Origin: Coriobacteriaceae bacterium
GTDB lineage: Bacteria; Actinomycetota; Coriobacteriia; Coriobacteriales; UMGS124
DNA: 64,000 bases
Direction: 5' to 3'
NCBI GenBank assembly: GCA_019421015.1
Contig: JAHZGC010000007.1
Span: 23,397 to 87,396, forward strand
Shown here: positions 16,333 through 24,524 of the stretch, one piece after another
Numbering within the stretch: the first letter of the stretch is position 1
Layout: each line of letters begins with the position of its first letter
Translations under genes and position numbers: made by a program
Notes under the pieces: model-generated
The model's database searches: none
The model's input: the letters and a program-made list of their open reading frames with translations, nothing else
Told to the model about the DNA's origin: nothing

Positions 16333-17979
16333 ATGGAACTCACCCGCAGGAACTTCGTCGCCGGCGCCGCCGCGCTCGGCGGGTCCGCCGCCCTGGCCTC
16401 CGCCACGCTGACCGCCTCGCAGGCCTGCGCCAACGAGGCCGCCGCCCTGCCCGAGGGCACCACCGCCGAGGACTTCGCCAACTCGCTCGTTCCCGTGGAG
16501 CCCATCGCGGACTTCGTGGACGAGAAGAGCTACGACGTCGTGGTGGTCGGTGCCGGCACCGCCGGCGTACCCGCCGTGTGGGGCGCCTTGGAGGAGGGCG
16601 CCACAGTGGCCTGCCTGCAGAAGGAGGTCGCGCCCATGGCCAACGGCAACGGGTCGTCGGGGCTCATCCTCGAGGAGAGCAACGAGATCGGCAAGCTCCA
16701 GTACAAGCAGAACTGGCGCAAGGCCGGCGGCTACCGCATGAACCCCGACCTGCTCGACCTATGGGTGGAGCACTCCGGCGAGACCGCCATGTGGATGATC
16801 GGCAAGGGCCACGAGCTGGGTCTGCCGCCCGCGAGCTCCAAGGCCACGCGCAACGAGTACGACGAGGGCTCCTTCGCCACCGTGGTCATGAACTCGTTCA
16901 GCCCCAAGCCCATCAACCATACCGACATCATGGTGAAGCTGGCCGACGCCGCCGCGGCCGCGGGCGCCGAGTTCTTCTATGAGACCCCCGGCGTGCAGCT
17001 GGTGCAGGACGAGACCGGCGCGGTCACCGGCGTGGTGGCCCAGACCGCCGACGGCTACGTCAAGTTCAACGCCGCCAAGGCCGTCATCGTTGCCGCCGGC
17101 GACTACCAGAACAACGAGAGCCTCGTGCACCGCTACTCGCCCGACGTGGAGCGCTTCGCCCGCAAGCAGTTCAACCGCACGGCCGACGGCATCCTCATGT
17201 GCATGCTCGCCGGTGCCCGCATGGTGCCCGTGAACCATGCCAAGACCATGCACGACATGGACGCCGCCCCCATGTTCATGACCGGCTACCCCTTCATGGC
17301 GCTCAACGAGCGCGGGGAGCGCTTCATGAACGAGGAGATTCCCATGGAGTCGTGGGACCTCTCGCTCCAGTGGAACAAGGACGCCGAGGACCCGGGCCGC
17401 TTCTTCCGCATCTTCGACAACGCCTACCAGGACAAATACGGCGCCCGCACGACGCCCGAGCAGCTCGAGGAGTACATCCCCGGCTTCAAGGAGAACCCCG
17501 TGGGCGTCTACCCGGGCCTCATCGACACCCACCGCGCCGATACCTTGGAGGAGCTGGCCGCCGAGCTGGGTCTTGACCCCGCGGCGCTCACCGCGGCCGT
17601 GGAGCAGTGGAACGAGTACTGCGCCAACGGTGCCGACCTGGGCTTTGGCGTGGCGGCCGAGAAGCTCCAGCCCATCGACACGCCTCCCTACTGGGGCATC
17701 CGCCAGTGGATTCGCTGCAGCGCCATCAACGCGGGCGTGGAGGTCGACGGCTGCTGCCGCGTGCTCGACGCCGCCGGTCAGCCGATCCGCGGCCTGTACT
17801 CGGTGGGCTCGGGCGCGGGCAACATCTGCGGCGGCCTCGAGTGGAACCTCGCCCAGGGCGGCCTGTGCTGCGGTTCGTACATGACCATGGGGCGCTACGC
17901 CGGCATCCATGCCGTGACGGGCGACCTGGTTCCCAGCAAGCCGGCATCCTACGAGGAAATCAAGGCATACTGGGCGTAA
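16333..17979 (+). CDS. Tat-exported FAD-dependent oxidoreductase (fumarate reductase/flavocytochrome-c flavoprotein family)
   Basis: ATG at 16333. Has a Tat signal (LTRRNFVAGAAALG), a dinucleotide-binding motif (YDVVVVGAGTAGVPA), and a C-terminal LYSVGSGAGN...G motif of the FAD_binding_2 family. Confidence 0.85.
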   Translation: MELTRRNFVAGAAALGGSAALASATLTASQACANEAAALPEGTTAEDFANSLVPVEPIADFVDEKSYDVVVVGAGTAGVPAVWGALEEGATVACLQKEVAPMANGNGSSGLILEESNEIGKLQYKQNWRKAGGYRMNPDLLDLWVEHSGETAMWMIGKGHELGLPPASSKATRNEYDEGSFATVVMNSFSPKPINHTDIMVKLADAAAAAGAEFFYETPGVQLVQDETGAVTGVVAQTADGYVKFNAAKAVIVAAGDYQNNESLVHRYSPDVERFARKQFNRTADGILMCMLAGARMVPVNHAKTMHDMDAAPMFMTGYPFMALNERGERFMNEEIPMESWDLSLQWNKDAEDPGRFFRIFDNAYQDKYGARTTPEQLEEYIPGFKENPVGVYPGLIDTHRADTLEELAAELGLDPAALTAAVEQWNEYCANGADLGFGVAAEKLQPIDTPPYWGIRQWIRCSAINAGVEVDGCCRVLDAAGQPIRGLYSVGSGAGNICGGLEWNLAQGGLCCGSYMTMGRYAGIHAVTGDLVPSKPASYEEIKAYWA

Positions 17980-18015
17980 GGGTAAGGACCCCGGTGGAAA
18001 AACCCCTGTGAACGA

Positions 18016-18053
18016 CGGCGGCCCCGCCAGCGAACATGCTGGCGGGGCCGCCG
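18016..18053. terminator. Strong GC hairpin terminator between convergent genes
   Basis: CGGCGGCCCCGCCAGC (18016-18031) pairs with GCTGGCGGGGCCGCCG (18038-18053): a 16-bp perfect stem with a 6-nt loop. Confidence 0.6.
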
Positions 18054-18092
18054 GTGGTTGCGATGCCGCAAGGGCCAAAAAGCCCGGGGCGC

Positions 18093-18686
18093 CTACTGCA
18101 GGGCCTCGATGATCTGCCGGGTGCGGGCCGCCAGGGAGCCACGGCCGTTATGGGCGTCGAAGCTCAAACGCTCCGCCAGGGCGGCGCGGACGGCGGGGTC
18201 GAGGTCCCCCTGGGCAAAGACGAGCAGCGAGGTGAGCATGTCATCGAACTCGGGATCGCCGTGGTAGCACTGCACGGCCTCGTCTACCAGCGGCCACACC
18301 TTGGCCGACCAGGCGGCCGAAGCGCCGCCCAGCACGGTGAAATACCTGAACGCGGCCAGGCGCACCGGACCCGAGACCTCGTCGTAGAGGGACTCCTGGG
18401 CGTCGTCGAAGGCCTTGGCTGCGGCGTCGGGATCCACGGACACCAGCGACGCGAGGGCATCGAGCGCCTCCCAGCGAGTCTGGGCCTCAGGGCGCCCCAC
18501 GGCGCGGACCAGGTCGTCGGCAAAGGGAATCACAGCCAGCGGCACCGCCTTGGCAATGAGGGCAACGGTATGGGCAGAACTCTGCCGCGCCTTGCGGTCG
18601 CGCCCGTTCAGGGCCGTGACCAGCGCCTGGAGCGCAGCAAGGTCCTTGTCCGAAACGGTCAGTTCTACGTCGTCTTCGTGAGCCAT
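18093..18686 (-). CDS. Hypothetical protein, all-alpha (HEAT/ARM-repeat-like)
   Basis: ATG at 18686 (MAHEDDVELTV) is preceded by GAGGAG. The composition is helical-repeat-like and no family motif was recognised. Confidence 0.5.
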   Translation of the reverse strand: MAHEDDVELTVSDKDLAALQALVTALNGRDRKARQSSAHTVALIAKAVPLAVIPFADDLVRAVGRPEAQTRWEALDALASLVSVDPDAAAKAFDDAQESLYDEVSGPVRLAAFRYFTVLGGASAAWSAKVWPLVDEAVQCYHGDPEFDDMLTSLLVFAQGDLDPAVRAALAERLSFDAHNGRGSLAARTRQIIEALQ

Positions 18687-18955
18687 GACGGGCTTCTCCT
18701 CTCGAGGCAAAACTGTGCAAGCCGGTGGATTTTACCAGCCTTGAGAAGAAACGGGCAGCTTGAAGGCGGGATTTGACGGAATCAGCGCGAGGGAGGGGCG
18801 GTGTACGGGCATGCGGCACGCATGGCGGAAAATCATGAATGAGAGATTCGGAAAATAGTGATTGCGATATTCGGAAAATCATGAATGGCCAGCGTATAGG
18901 CTTGGCCGACGCACTATACTCCTTCTTTGTCGAAGCCCGTCCCAAGGAGGCCGCC

Positions 18956-20254
18956 GTGCCAGGAGTCCTACCGCCTCAAGACCAGTACATCCCACGCATC
19001 GTTGACAGCCAAATCAAGAGCTATCTCGAAATCTTCGGCGCAGTCGAAGTTGCGGGAACCAAGTGGTGCGGCAAGACCTGGACAGCCTGCCGCCATGCGC
19101 AGAGCGTAAGCTACGTCGACGAGGCGCTTTCGCTCGCCCGCTCCGATCCGCAGGCGATGCTTACGGGAGCACGCCCCCACGTCATCGACGAATGGCAGAA
19201 GGCCCCTATGGTCTGGAACGCCGTGCGCCATGCCATAGACCTGCAGCGCGGCTTGCGCGGTGCCTGGATTCTCACTGGGTCGGCGACCCCCATCGTAAGG
19301 GACGACATCGAGGCCCAGGCCCTCCACAGTGGGGCGGGGCGCATCGGACGCATCCGCATGCGACCTATGTCGTTGGCAGAATCGGGCGAGTCGAGCGGCG
19401 AAGTGTCGCTGGCAAAGCTGTTCGAGGGCACGTTCGCCCATGCCAAGGTGCCCGGCGACGCCGCCTCCATGGCCGCCTTGGCCTGCCGAGGCGGTTGGCC
19501 CGAAGCGCTCGACCTCACGGCGGCCCAAGCCCAGATTGTCGCACGGGAGTATATCAAGCTCCTGTTGGGCGAGAGCGTCCCACGCCACGGCAAAGACGGA
19601 GAGATGGCGCGGCGGGTGGCCCTCTCGATCGCACGAAACCTTGGACAGGCCGCAACCCACAAGACTTTGCTCGCCGATATCTCTAGCCCGGACGAACCTC
19701 TCATGACGGCCCAGACCCTCTCGTCCTATATTAATCTGCTCATGGACCTGTACTTTGTCGAGGAGGTGCCCGGCTGGGTCCCCGAATGGCGTTCCCCCAA
19801 ACGCCTGGCGGTAAAACCCAAGCGTTACCTGGCCGACCCCTCTCTCGCGGTGGCGCTGCTGGGTATGAACGAACGGTCGCTGCTCGATGACTGGCAGACG
19901 TTTGGCCTCGTTTACGAGAACCTCTGCATGCGTGACCTCATGGTGTATGCCCAGGCCTTGTCGGAATCGAGCGCCACCCCCGTCAGGTACTACCGCGACG
20001 ACAGCGGCCTGGAAGCCGACGCCGTGGTGGAGCTGGCCGACGGCCGCTGGGCGGCGTTCGAGTTCAAGCTCGGCATCGCCAAGGCCGACCAGGGTGTCGC
20101 GTCGCTCAAGCGCATGCGTGCCAAGCTTTTGGCCAACCCGCAGGCCCGCACCCGCGAACCCTCGTTCATGGCGGTGGTCACCGGCACGGGAGAATACGCC
20201 TACCAGGCCGAGGAGGGCATCTACGTCGTGCCCCTTCGCGCGCTGGGGGCGTGA
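18956..20254 (+). CDS. AAA-type ATPase with a DUF4143-like C-terminal domain
   Basis: GTG at 18956 follows AAGGAGG (18944-18950). N-terminus is YIPRIVD..L...L..FGAVEVAGTKWCGKTWTA (Walker A), followed by VIDEWQ (Walker B-like) and the C-terminal pattern of the DUF4143 family. Confidence 0.75.
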   Translation: MPGVLPPQDQYIPRIVDSQIKSYLEIFGAVEVAGTKWCGKTWTACRHAQSVSYVDEALSLARSDPQAMLTGARPHVIDEWQKAPMVWNAVRHAIDLQRGLRGAWILTGSATPIVRDDIEAQALHSGAGRIGRIRMRPMSLAESGESSGEVSLAKLFEGTFAHAKVPGDAASMAALACRGGWPEALDLTAAQAQIVAREYIKLLLGESVPRHGKDGEMARRVALSIARNLGQAATHKTLLADISSPDEPLMTAQTLSSYINLLMDLYFVEEVPGWVPEWRSPKRLAVKPKRYLADPSLAVALLGMNERSLLDDWQTFGLVYENLCMRDLMVYAQALSESSATPVRYYRDDSGLEADAVVELADGRWAAFEFKLGIAKADQGVASLKRMRAKLLANPQARTREPSFMAVVTGTGEYAYQAEEGIYVVPLRALGA

Positions 20255-20631
20255 GGGCAGCATCGTCGCTATCGATTCAGGCACCGAGCATGCTCTGGCA
20301 GTCGGAGCCCAGCCGGGCAATCTACTCATTCCCCGTACATCGCCCACATTTCCTGCCAAGCAAAAACAGCCCATCTACCTGCGCTTTTCCACCATTCCCG
20401 CAGGTAGATGCCCTGGCACAAATTGCCCGCAATGTATGCCCACGCACCTGTGGCGGTTTGCAGGCAGCCGCCCCCACACCGCATCGGCAACCGTATAATC
20501 CCAAGCGTTCCCATCCGCCCTCTGAGCCTTGCAAAAGGGAGCCGCATGGCAGATCGCATCGCACCCAGGTTGCCGGGCTTTTCGCCGGCAGGGTACACAG
20601 CGGGCCAGACCCAAAACCGGGAGGCCCTCTG

Positions 20632-21246
20632 ATGCGCCGCGCAAGCGCCGAAGACGCCGAGCTGGCCATGGACGCCCTGCTGGGCACCCGTACCACCGGC
20701 CGCGACGAGTCCCACGCCGACCAGGACAACAACCCCTACGAACCCACCCCTTACCCGGTACTCGAACGTCTGGCCAACAGCGGCCTTGTGGGCAAGCGCA
20801 ACTTGCTCGTAGACTACGGCTGCGGCAAGGGACGCGTGGGGTTCTACCTGTCCTACCAGTCCCGCTGCCGTACCCTGGGGGTGGAGCGCGACCGGTGGCT
20901 CTACGAGTGCGCGCTGCGCAACCGCGACTCGGCCCACGTCGCCGCCAAGACGGCCTTTACGCTGGCCGACGCCGCGCAGTTCGCGATACCTCCCGAGGCC
21001 GACCGATTCTACCTGTTCAACCCCTTCTCCGCCGCGGTGTTCGAGCAGGTGTTGGGGCAGCTGCGCACCTCCCTGGCAGCCCACCCCCGCAAGGCGCTCC
21101 TGTTCCTGTACTATCCCGACGACTCCTACCTCGCGCCGCTCGAACGTGTGGGATGGCTCGAATCCTGCGACCCCATAGACTGCCGCGACCTGTTTGGGGG
21201 AGAAGACCCCCGAGAGACGATCGTCGTATACCGCACCCGCCCCTGA
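20632..21246 (+). CDS. Class I SAM-dependent methyltransferase
   Basis: ATG at 20632 is preceded by GGGAGG. Motif I is LLVDYGCGKGRVGFYL, with a Rossmann-like pattern downstream. Confidence 0.7.
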   Translation: MRRASAEDAELAMDALLGTRTTGRDESHADQDNNPYEPTPYPVLERLANSGLVGKRNLLVDYGCGKGRVGFYLSYQSRCRTLGVERDRWLYECALRNRDSAHVAAKTAFTLADAAQFAIPPEADRFYLFNPFSAAVFEQVLGQLRTSLAAHPRKALLFLYYPDDSYLAPLERVGWLESCDPIDCRDLFGGEDPRETIVVYRTRP

Positions 21247-21261
21247 CCCTAGGAGGAACCC

Positions 21262-21936
21262 ATGGCCTCTGCCACCCGACGCTTCGACTACGTGCTGCTC
21301 GACTGCGACGGCACCCTGCTCGACACCCTCTCCGACCTGGCCGCTGCCGGCAACCACGTGTGTGCGTTGCACGGGTGGGAGCCCTACGGCCTGGAGGAGT
21401 ACAAGCGCAAGGTGGGCAACGGCCAGCGGGTACTCGCCAGCCGCATCGTGCCGCCGGAGCTCGCCGGCGACGAGGCGCTAGTCGACGAGGTCTACCGGGA
21501 GTTCTGCGCCTACTACGCACTCCACAAGGAAGACCACACCGCGCCCTATCCCGGCATGGTCGCGGCCTTGGAGCGGATGCAGGAGGCAGGGGCGGTGCTC
21601 GGCGTGCTCACCAACAAGGACCAGGCGGCGGCCGAGGCGCTGGTCGCGCGGTACTTCGGCGGCCTTCTCCCCGTGGTGCAGGGCCGGGTCGACGCGATGC
21701 CCGCCAAACCCGAGCCGCCCATGACCCTGGCGCTCATGGAGAAGCTCGGCACCGTGCCAGAGCGCACCCTCATGGTGGGCGATACCGCGGTGGACATCGC
21801 CTGTGGGACCAACGTGGGCATCGCGACCTGCGGGGTGCTCTGGGGCTTCCGCGACCGGGACGAGCTGGTGGCCGCCGGGGCGGACAAGTTGGTGGAGACA
21901 CCAGCGGAGCTGGCAGGGTGGGTGCTGGGGGAATGA
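21262..21936 (+). CDS. HAD-superfamily hydrolase (phosphoglycolate phosphatase-like, subfamily IA)
   Basis: Motif I is LLDCDGTLLDT, motif II is GVLTNK, and motifs III/IV are KP....MVGDT..D. Confidence 0.85.
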   Translation: MASATRRFDYVLLDCDGTLLDTLSDLAAAGNHVCALHGWEPYGLEEYKRKVGNGQRVLASRIVPPELAGDEALVDEVYREFCAYYALHKEDHTAPYPGMVAALERMQEAGAVLGVLTNKDQAAAEALVARYFGGLLPVVQGRVDAMPAKPEPPMTLALMEKLGTVPERTLMVGDTAVDIACGTNVGIATCGVLWGFRDRDELVAAGADKLVETPAELAGWVLGE

Positions 21937-21937
21937 A

Positions 21938-22151
21938 TTGCCAGCGGAACGTCCCTTCGTTGACAAAGAATGACGACCGTGAACGATTGGACAGGGCATT
22001 TAGAACGGGCAGACGTATCTAATGTAAAAATACCCTAGGAAATATATCATTGGTATAAATAAATGCTACCCCGAAGTACCCACGGCGACCTCGGGATGTC
22101 GCTCACAGTCGTTCATTTATGCCAGCTGGATGCCCGTTTCGCTGCAAACGC
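21938..22151. mobile_element. Family B MITE-like element, copy 1 (~214 bp; ~50-nt imperfect terminal inverted repeats; AT-rich core)
   Basis: Left end is TTGCCAGCGGAACG...TTGACAAAGAATGACGACCGTGAACGA. Right end is TCGCTCACAGTCGTTCATTTATGCCAGC...CGTTTCGCTGCAAACGC, its inverted complement. It aligns without gaps with copy 2 and starts 2 nt after the HAD stop codon. Confidence 0.7.
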
Positions 22152-22178
22152 TGTCACAGGCCGAGCTTAAAGATCGCC

Positions 22179-23690
22179 TCACCCCCGCCCATGCACCCAC
22201 TCCACGAGTTCGTCTTTGGTATGCACACCGCACTTGCGGTAGAGGTTCTTGGCATGAGACTGCACGGTACTCAGGGAAAGACCCATCTCGGCGGCGGTCT
22301 TTTGGTAGCTGTACCCGCGCAAAACGCAGCCCATGACCTCGAGCTCGCGCGGCGTCAGGCCGTAGAGGCGAACCCGCTCCTCAGAGACCAGGCCGGTTGG
22401 AACGGATGCCGCCGAAACGTCGGACCCAGGAGATTCTTTGCCATCGGGACACGGCGCGGCCGTCTCGGCACCCCCGCCTCCCCATATGGCACCGCCAAAG
22501 GCCAAAAACACGAATGTTGCCGCAATCAGAAGGAACACCAGCACAAGTAGGAGCGGAACAAACCCCGTAGCCTCGGGCGATCCCACCAGGACAGTCATCC
22601 ACGGAGCGAGCAGCTTGCCACAGAAGACCGGCACGACCTTGCAGATGCAGAACACAAAGCAGAACAGCAGAGCAACCGATAGGGCGCGCTCTCGTGCCAG
22701 GCGCACCAGCAAGATCCAAAGTAGCAGCTCAAAACAGTTAAAAGCCGCCGCCACGAGACCTTCTCCCACAACGAAGTACCGGGGCAAGCCGGCAAGCATC
22801 AGAAGCATGCCGGCGATAGCCACCAGGGCGAGCACGACCCAGGCGACCTTGATAGACGGGGCCCAGTCTTCGGGGCCCTTTCCCCTAACGAGCACAAGCA
22901 TGACGCCCATAAAGCCAAAGGCCACCGCCACATCAACCACACGCACCAACAGGGCAATCCGGGCTTCGAGGCTCACAAAAGCGCCCACGGTGATGCGTCC
23001 CGCAAAGAGGAAGACCGCGATCATGACCACGAGCAGTAGCGGGAGACGCCTGAGACCGCCAAGGGAGTAATCGGGCGTGCGACCCACGGAGGCGCCATCG
23101 GGTCGGCAGAGAAGCCAGGCCACCGCAGAGCCAACGGGAGCAAGCAGGGTAAAGCCGAGGGCAGCCCTCTGCGACGCAAGGTCCGTGATCGGGGCAAGGG
23201 AACCGAACGCATAGCCGATAACCATGACCAGCAAGGCGCTACGCCCATCCATGGCGAGCAACGATGACGCCCAGGCCAGGGTCAGCGCCACGTAACCAAG
23301 GGCCACGGCGGCAGTACCCAGCCCAAATGCAAGCGGTTCGACCCCGCCAAGCCCAGGAGCAAGGGCGAGCAGAAAAGCCCCGAGCGTACCCACGCAGCAG
23401 AGCGCGGCGGGAGCGGCGGAGGGCCTTGCAAACAGGGGCTCGACCCTGCGGCGGAGAAGGACCGCGCCCACGCACAGCACCGCCAATGCCACCAATACGG
23501 CAAGCAGGGTGCCTCGATTAGCCTGGGCCGGATCGGTATAGCCCCCGAGTACCGCCGCGAACTCGAACTGGCGCAAGGTGGGCCAATAAAGCGCAAAGCC
23601 CAGCACCCCCATGATCACCCGTAACCCTGTATGAGCCGTCTCGGCACGCACCGCCGGCGCTCCTCTCCCCCATCTTCCACAAAAGCCCAA
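22179..23690 (-). CDS. Membrane-spanning LuxR-family transcriptional regulator
   Basis: 503 aa with a polytopic N-terminal domain and a C-terminal LTPRELEVMGCVLRGYSYQKTAAEMGLSLSTVQSHAKNLYRKCGVHTKDELV. It is divergent from the cytochrome/flavoprotein pair. Confidence 0.8.
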   Translation of the reverse strand: MGFCGRWGRGAPAVRAETAHTGLRVIMGVLGFALYWPTLRQFEFAAVLGGYTDPAQANRGTLLAVLVALAVLCVGAVLLRRRVEPLFARPSAAPAALCCVGTLGAFLLALAPGLGGVEPLAFGLGTAAVALGYVALTLAWASSLLAMDGRSALLVMVIGYAFGSLAPITDLASQRAALGFTLLAPVGSAVAWLLCRPDGASVGRTPDYSLGGLRRLPLLLVVMIAVFLFAGRITVGAFVSLEARIALLVRVVDVAVAFGFMGVMLVLVRGKGPEDWAPSIKVAWVVLALVAIAGMLLMLAGLPRYFVVGEGLVAAAFNCFELLLWILLVRLARERALSVALLFCFVFCICKVVPVFCGKLLAPWMTVLVGSPEATGFVPLLLVLVFLLIAATFVFLAFGGAIWGGGGAETAAPCPDGKESPGSDVSAASVPTGLVSEERVRLYGLTPRELEVMGCVLRGYSYQKTAAEMGLSLSTVQSHAKNLYRKCGVHTKDELVEWVHGRG

Positions 23691-23919
23691 GGCTACCAGT
23701 CTAAAGGAATGCGACCGCGGTACCTTGGTTGGCGATCACAAAAACCCACGTCAAAGACTCCCCAATTATATGGGAGCCGCCGGATTTTTAAGCCTGCTTG
23801 AGGTTTCACATGTTTCATAGGGCAACCTTTGCCCACCCTCTTGCCAAGATGGGGCCACAGGTGGGCGGCCCTCATGCCACCCGCCGCGCAACAAGCCGTC
23901 ACGACAAGGGGAGGTTTAC

Positions 23920-24456
23920 ATGGCTATGAAGGAGAGGTCCTTTGGGTCCAAGGCGCACCGCACCGTATGCGCCTTTGCCGGGGCAGCGCTGATGGTCGGG
24001 GCCACGCTCGGAGCCGGACTCGGCATCGCCGGAACGCTCGACAGCAACTCAATCGTAAACAAGGACATGGACGTGGTGGCCGCCTACTCGGAGAGCTACT
24101 TTACGGCCGCCGATGACTCGGTCATGGGCGCGCACCGCAACCTTGGCCTCACGTGCATCTCGTGCCACCCGATGTCCGACGGCACCCAACCCGACGCAGT
24201 CGAAAGCGCAAGCGGTGCCCAAGAGACCTGCATGACCACCGGCTGCCACGACGACTGGGACGCTATCGTGGAAGCAACGAGCGACTGCATGGGGACGCCC
24301 ACGGTCTACAACCCCTCGGGCGTGTACAACCCCCACTCCAACCACCGCAGCCCCGCCGACTGCGGCGAGTGCCACAAGATGCACACGGTGCAGACGCTCA
24401 CCTGCGCGCAGTGCCATAAGGTAGATATGCCCGCCGGTTGGGCAGGCTTCTACTAA
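23920..24456 (+). CDS. Membrane-anchored tetraheme cytochrome c (class III / c3-like)
   Basis: Has an N-terminal TM anchor (VCAFAGAALMVGATLGAGLGIAG) and four heme-binding motifs: CISCH, CMTTGCH (the CX4CH form seen in cytochromes c3), CGECH and CAQCH. Confidence 0.8.
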   Translation: MAMKERSFGSKAHRTVCAFAGAALMVGATLGAGLGIAGTLDSNSIVNKDMDVVAAYSESYFTAADDSVMGAHRNLGLTCISCHPMSDGTQPDAVESASGAQETCMTTGCHDDWDAIVEATSDCMGTPTVYNPSGVYNPHSNHRSPADCGECHKMHTVQTLTCAQCHKVDMPAGWAGFY

Positions 24457-24524
24457 TTTGCGGCGTGGCCCCGTTCGCCGTGTCGTCCTTTTCTGACCTC
24501 TACTCCATAAGGAGCGTGTAATCT

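Noticed and set aside
20546-20632. A 28-codon ORF (MADRIAPRLPGFSPAGYTAGQTQNREAL) whose TGA overlaps the methyltransferase ATG (TGATG); a possible leader peptide.
   Set aside because: It has no distinctive leader-peptide features such as regulatory codon runs, only a moderate SD, and it is easily produced by chance. No supporting structure was seen.
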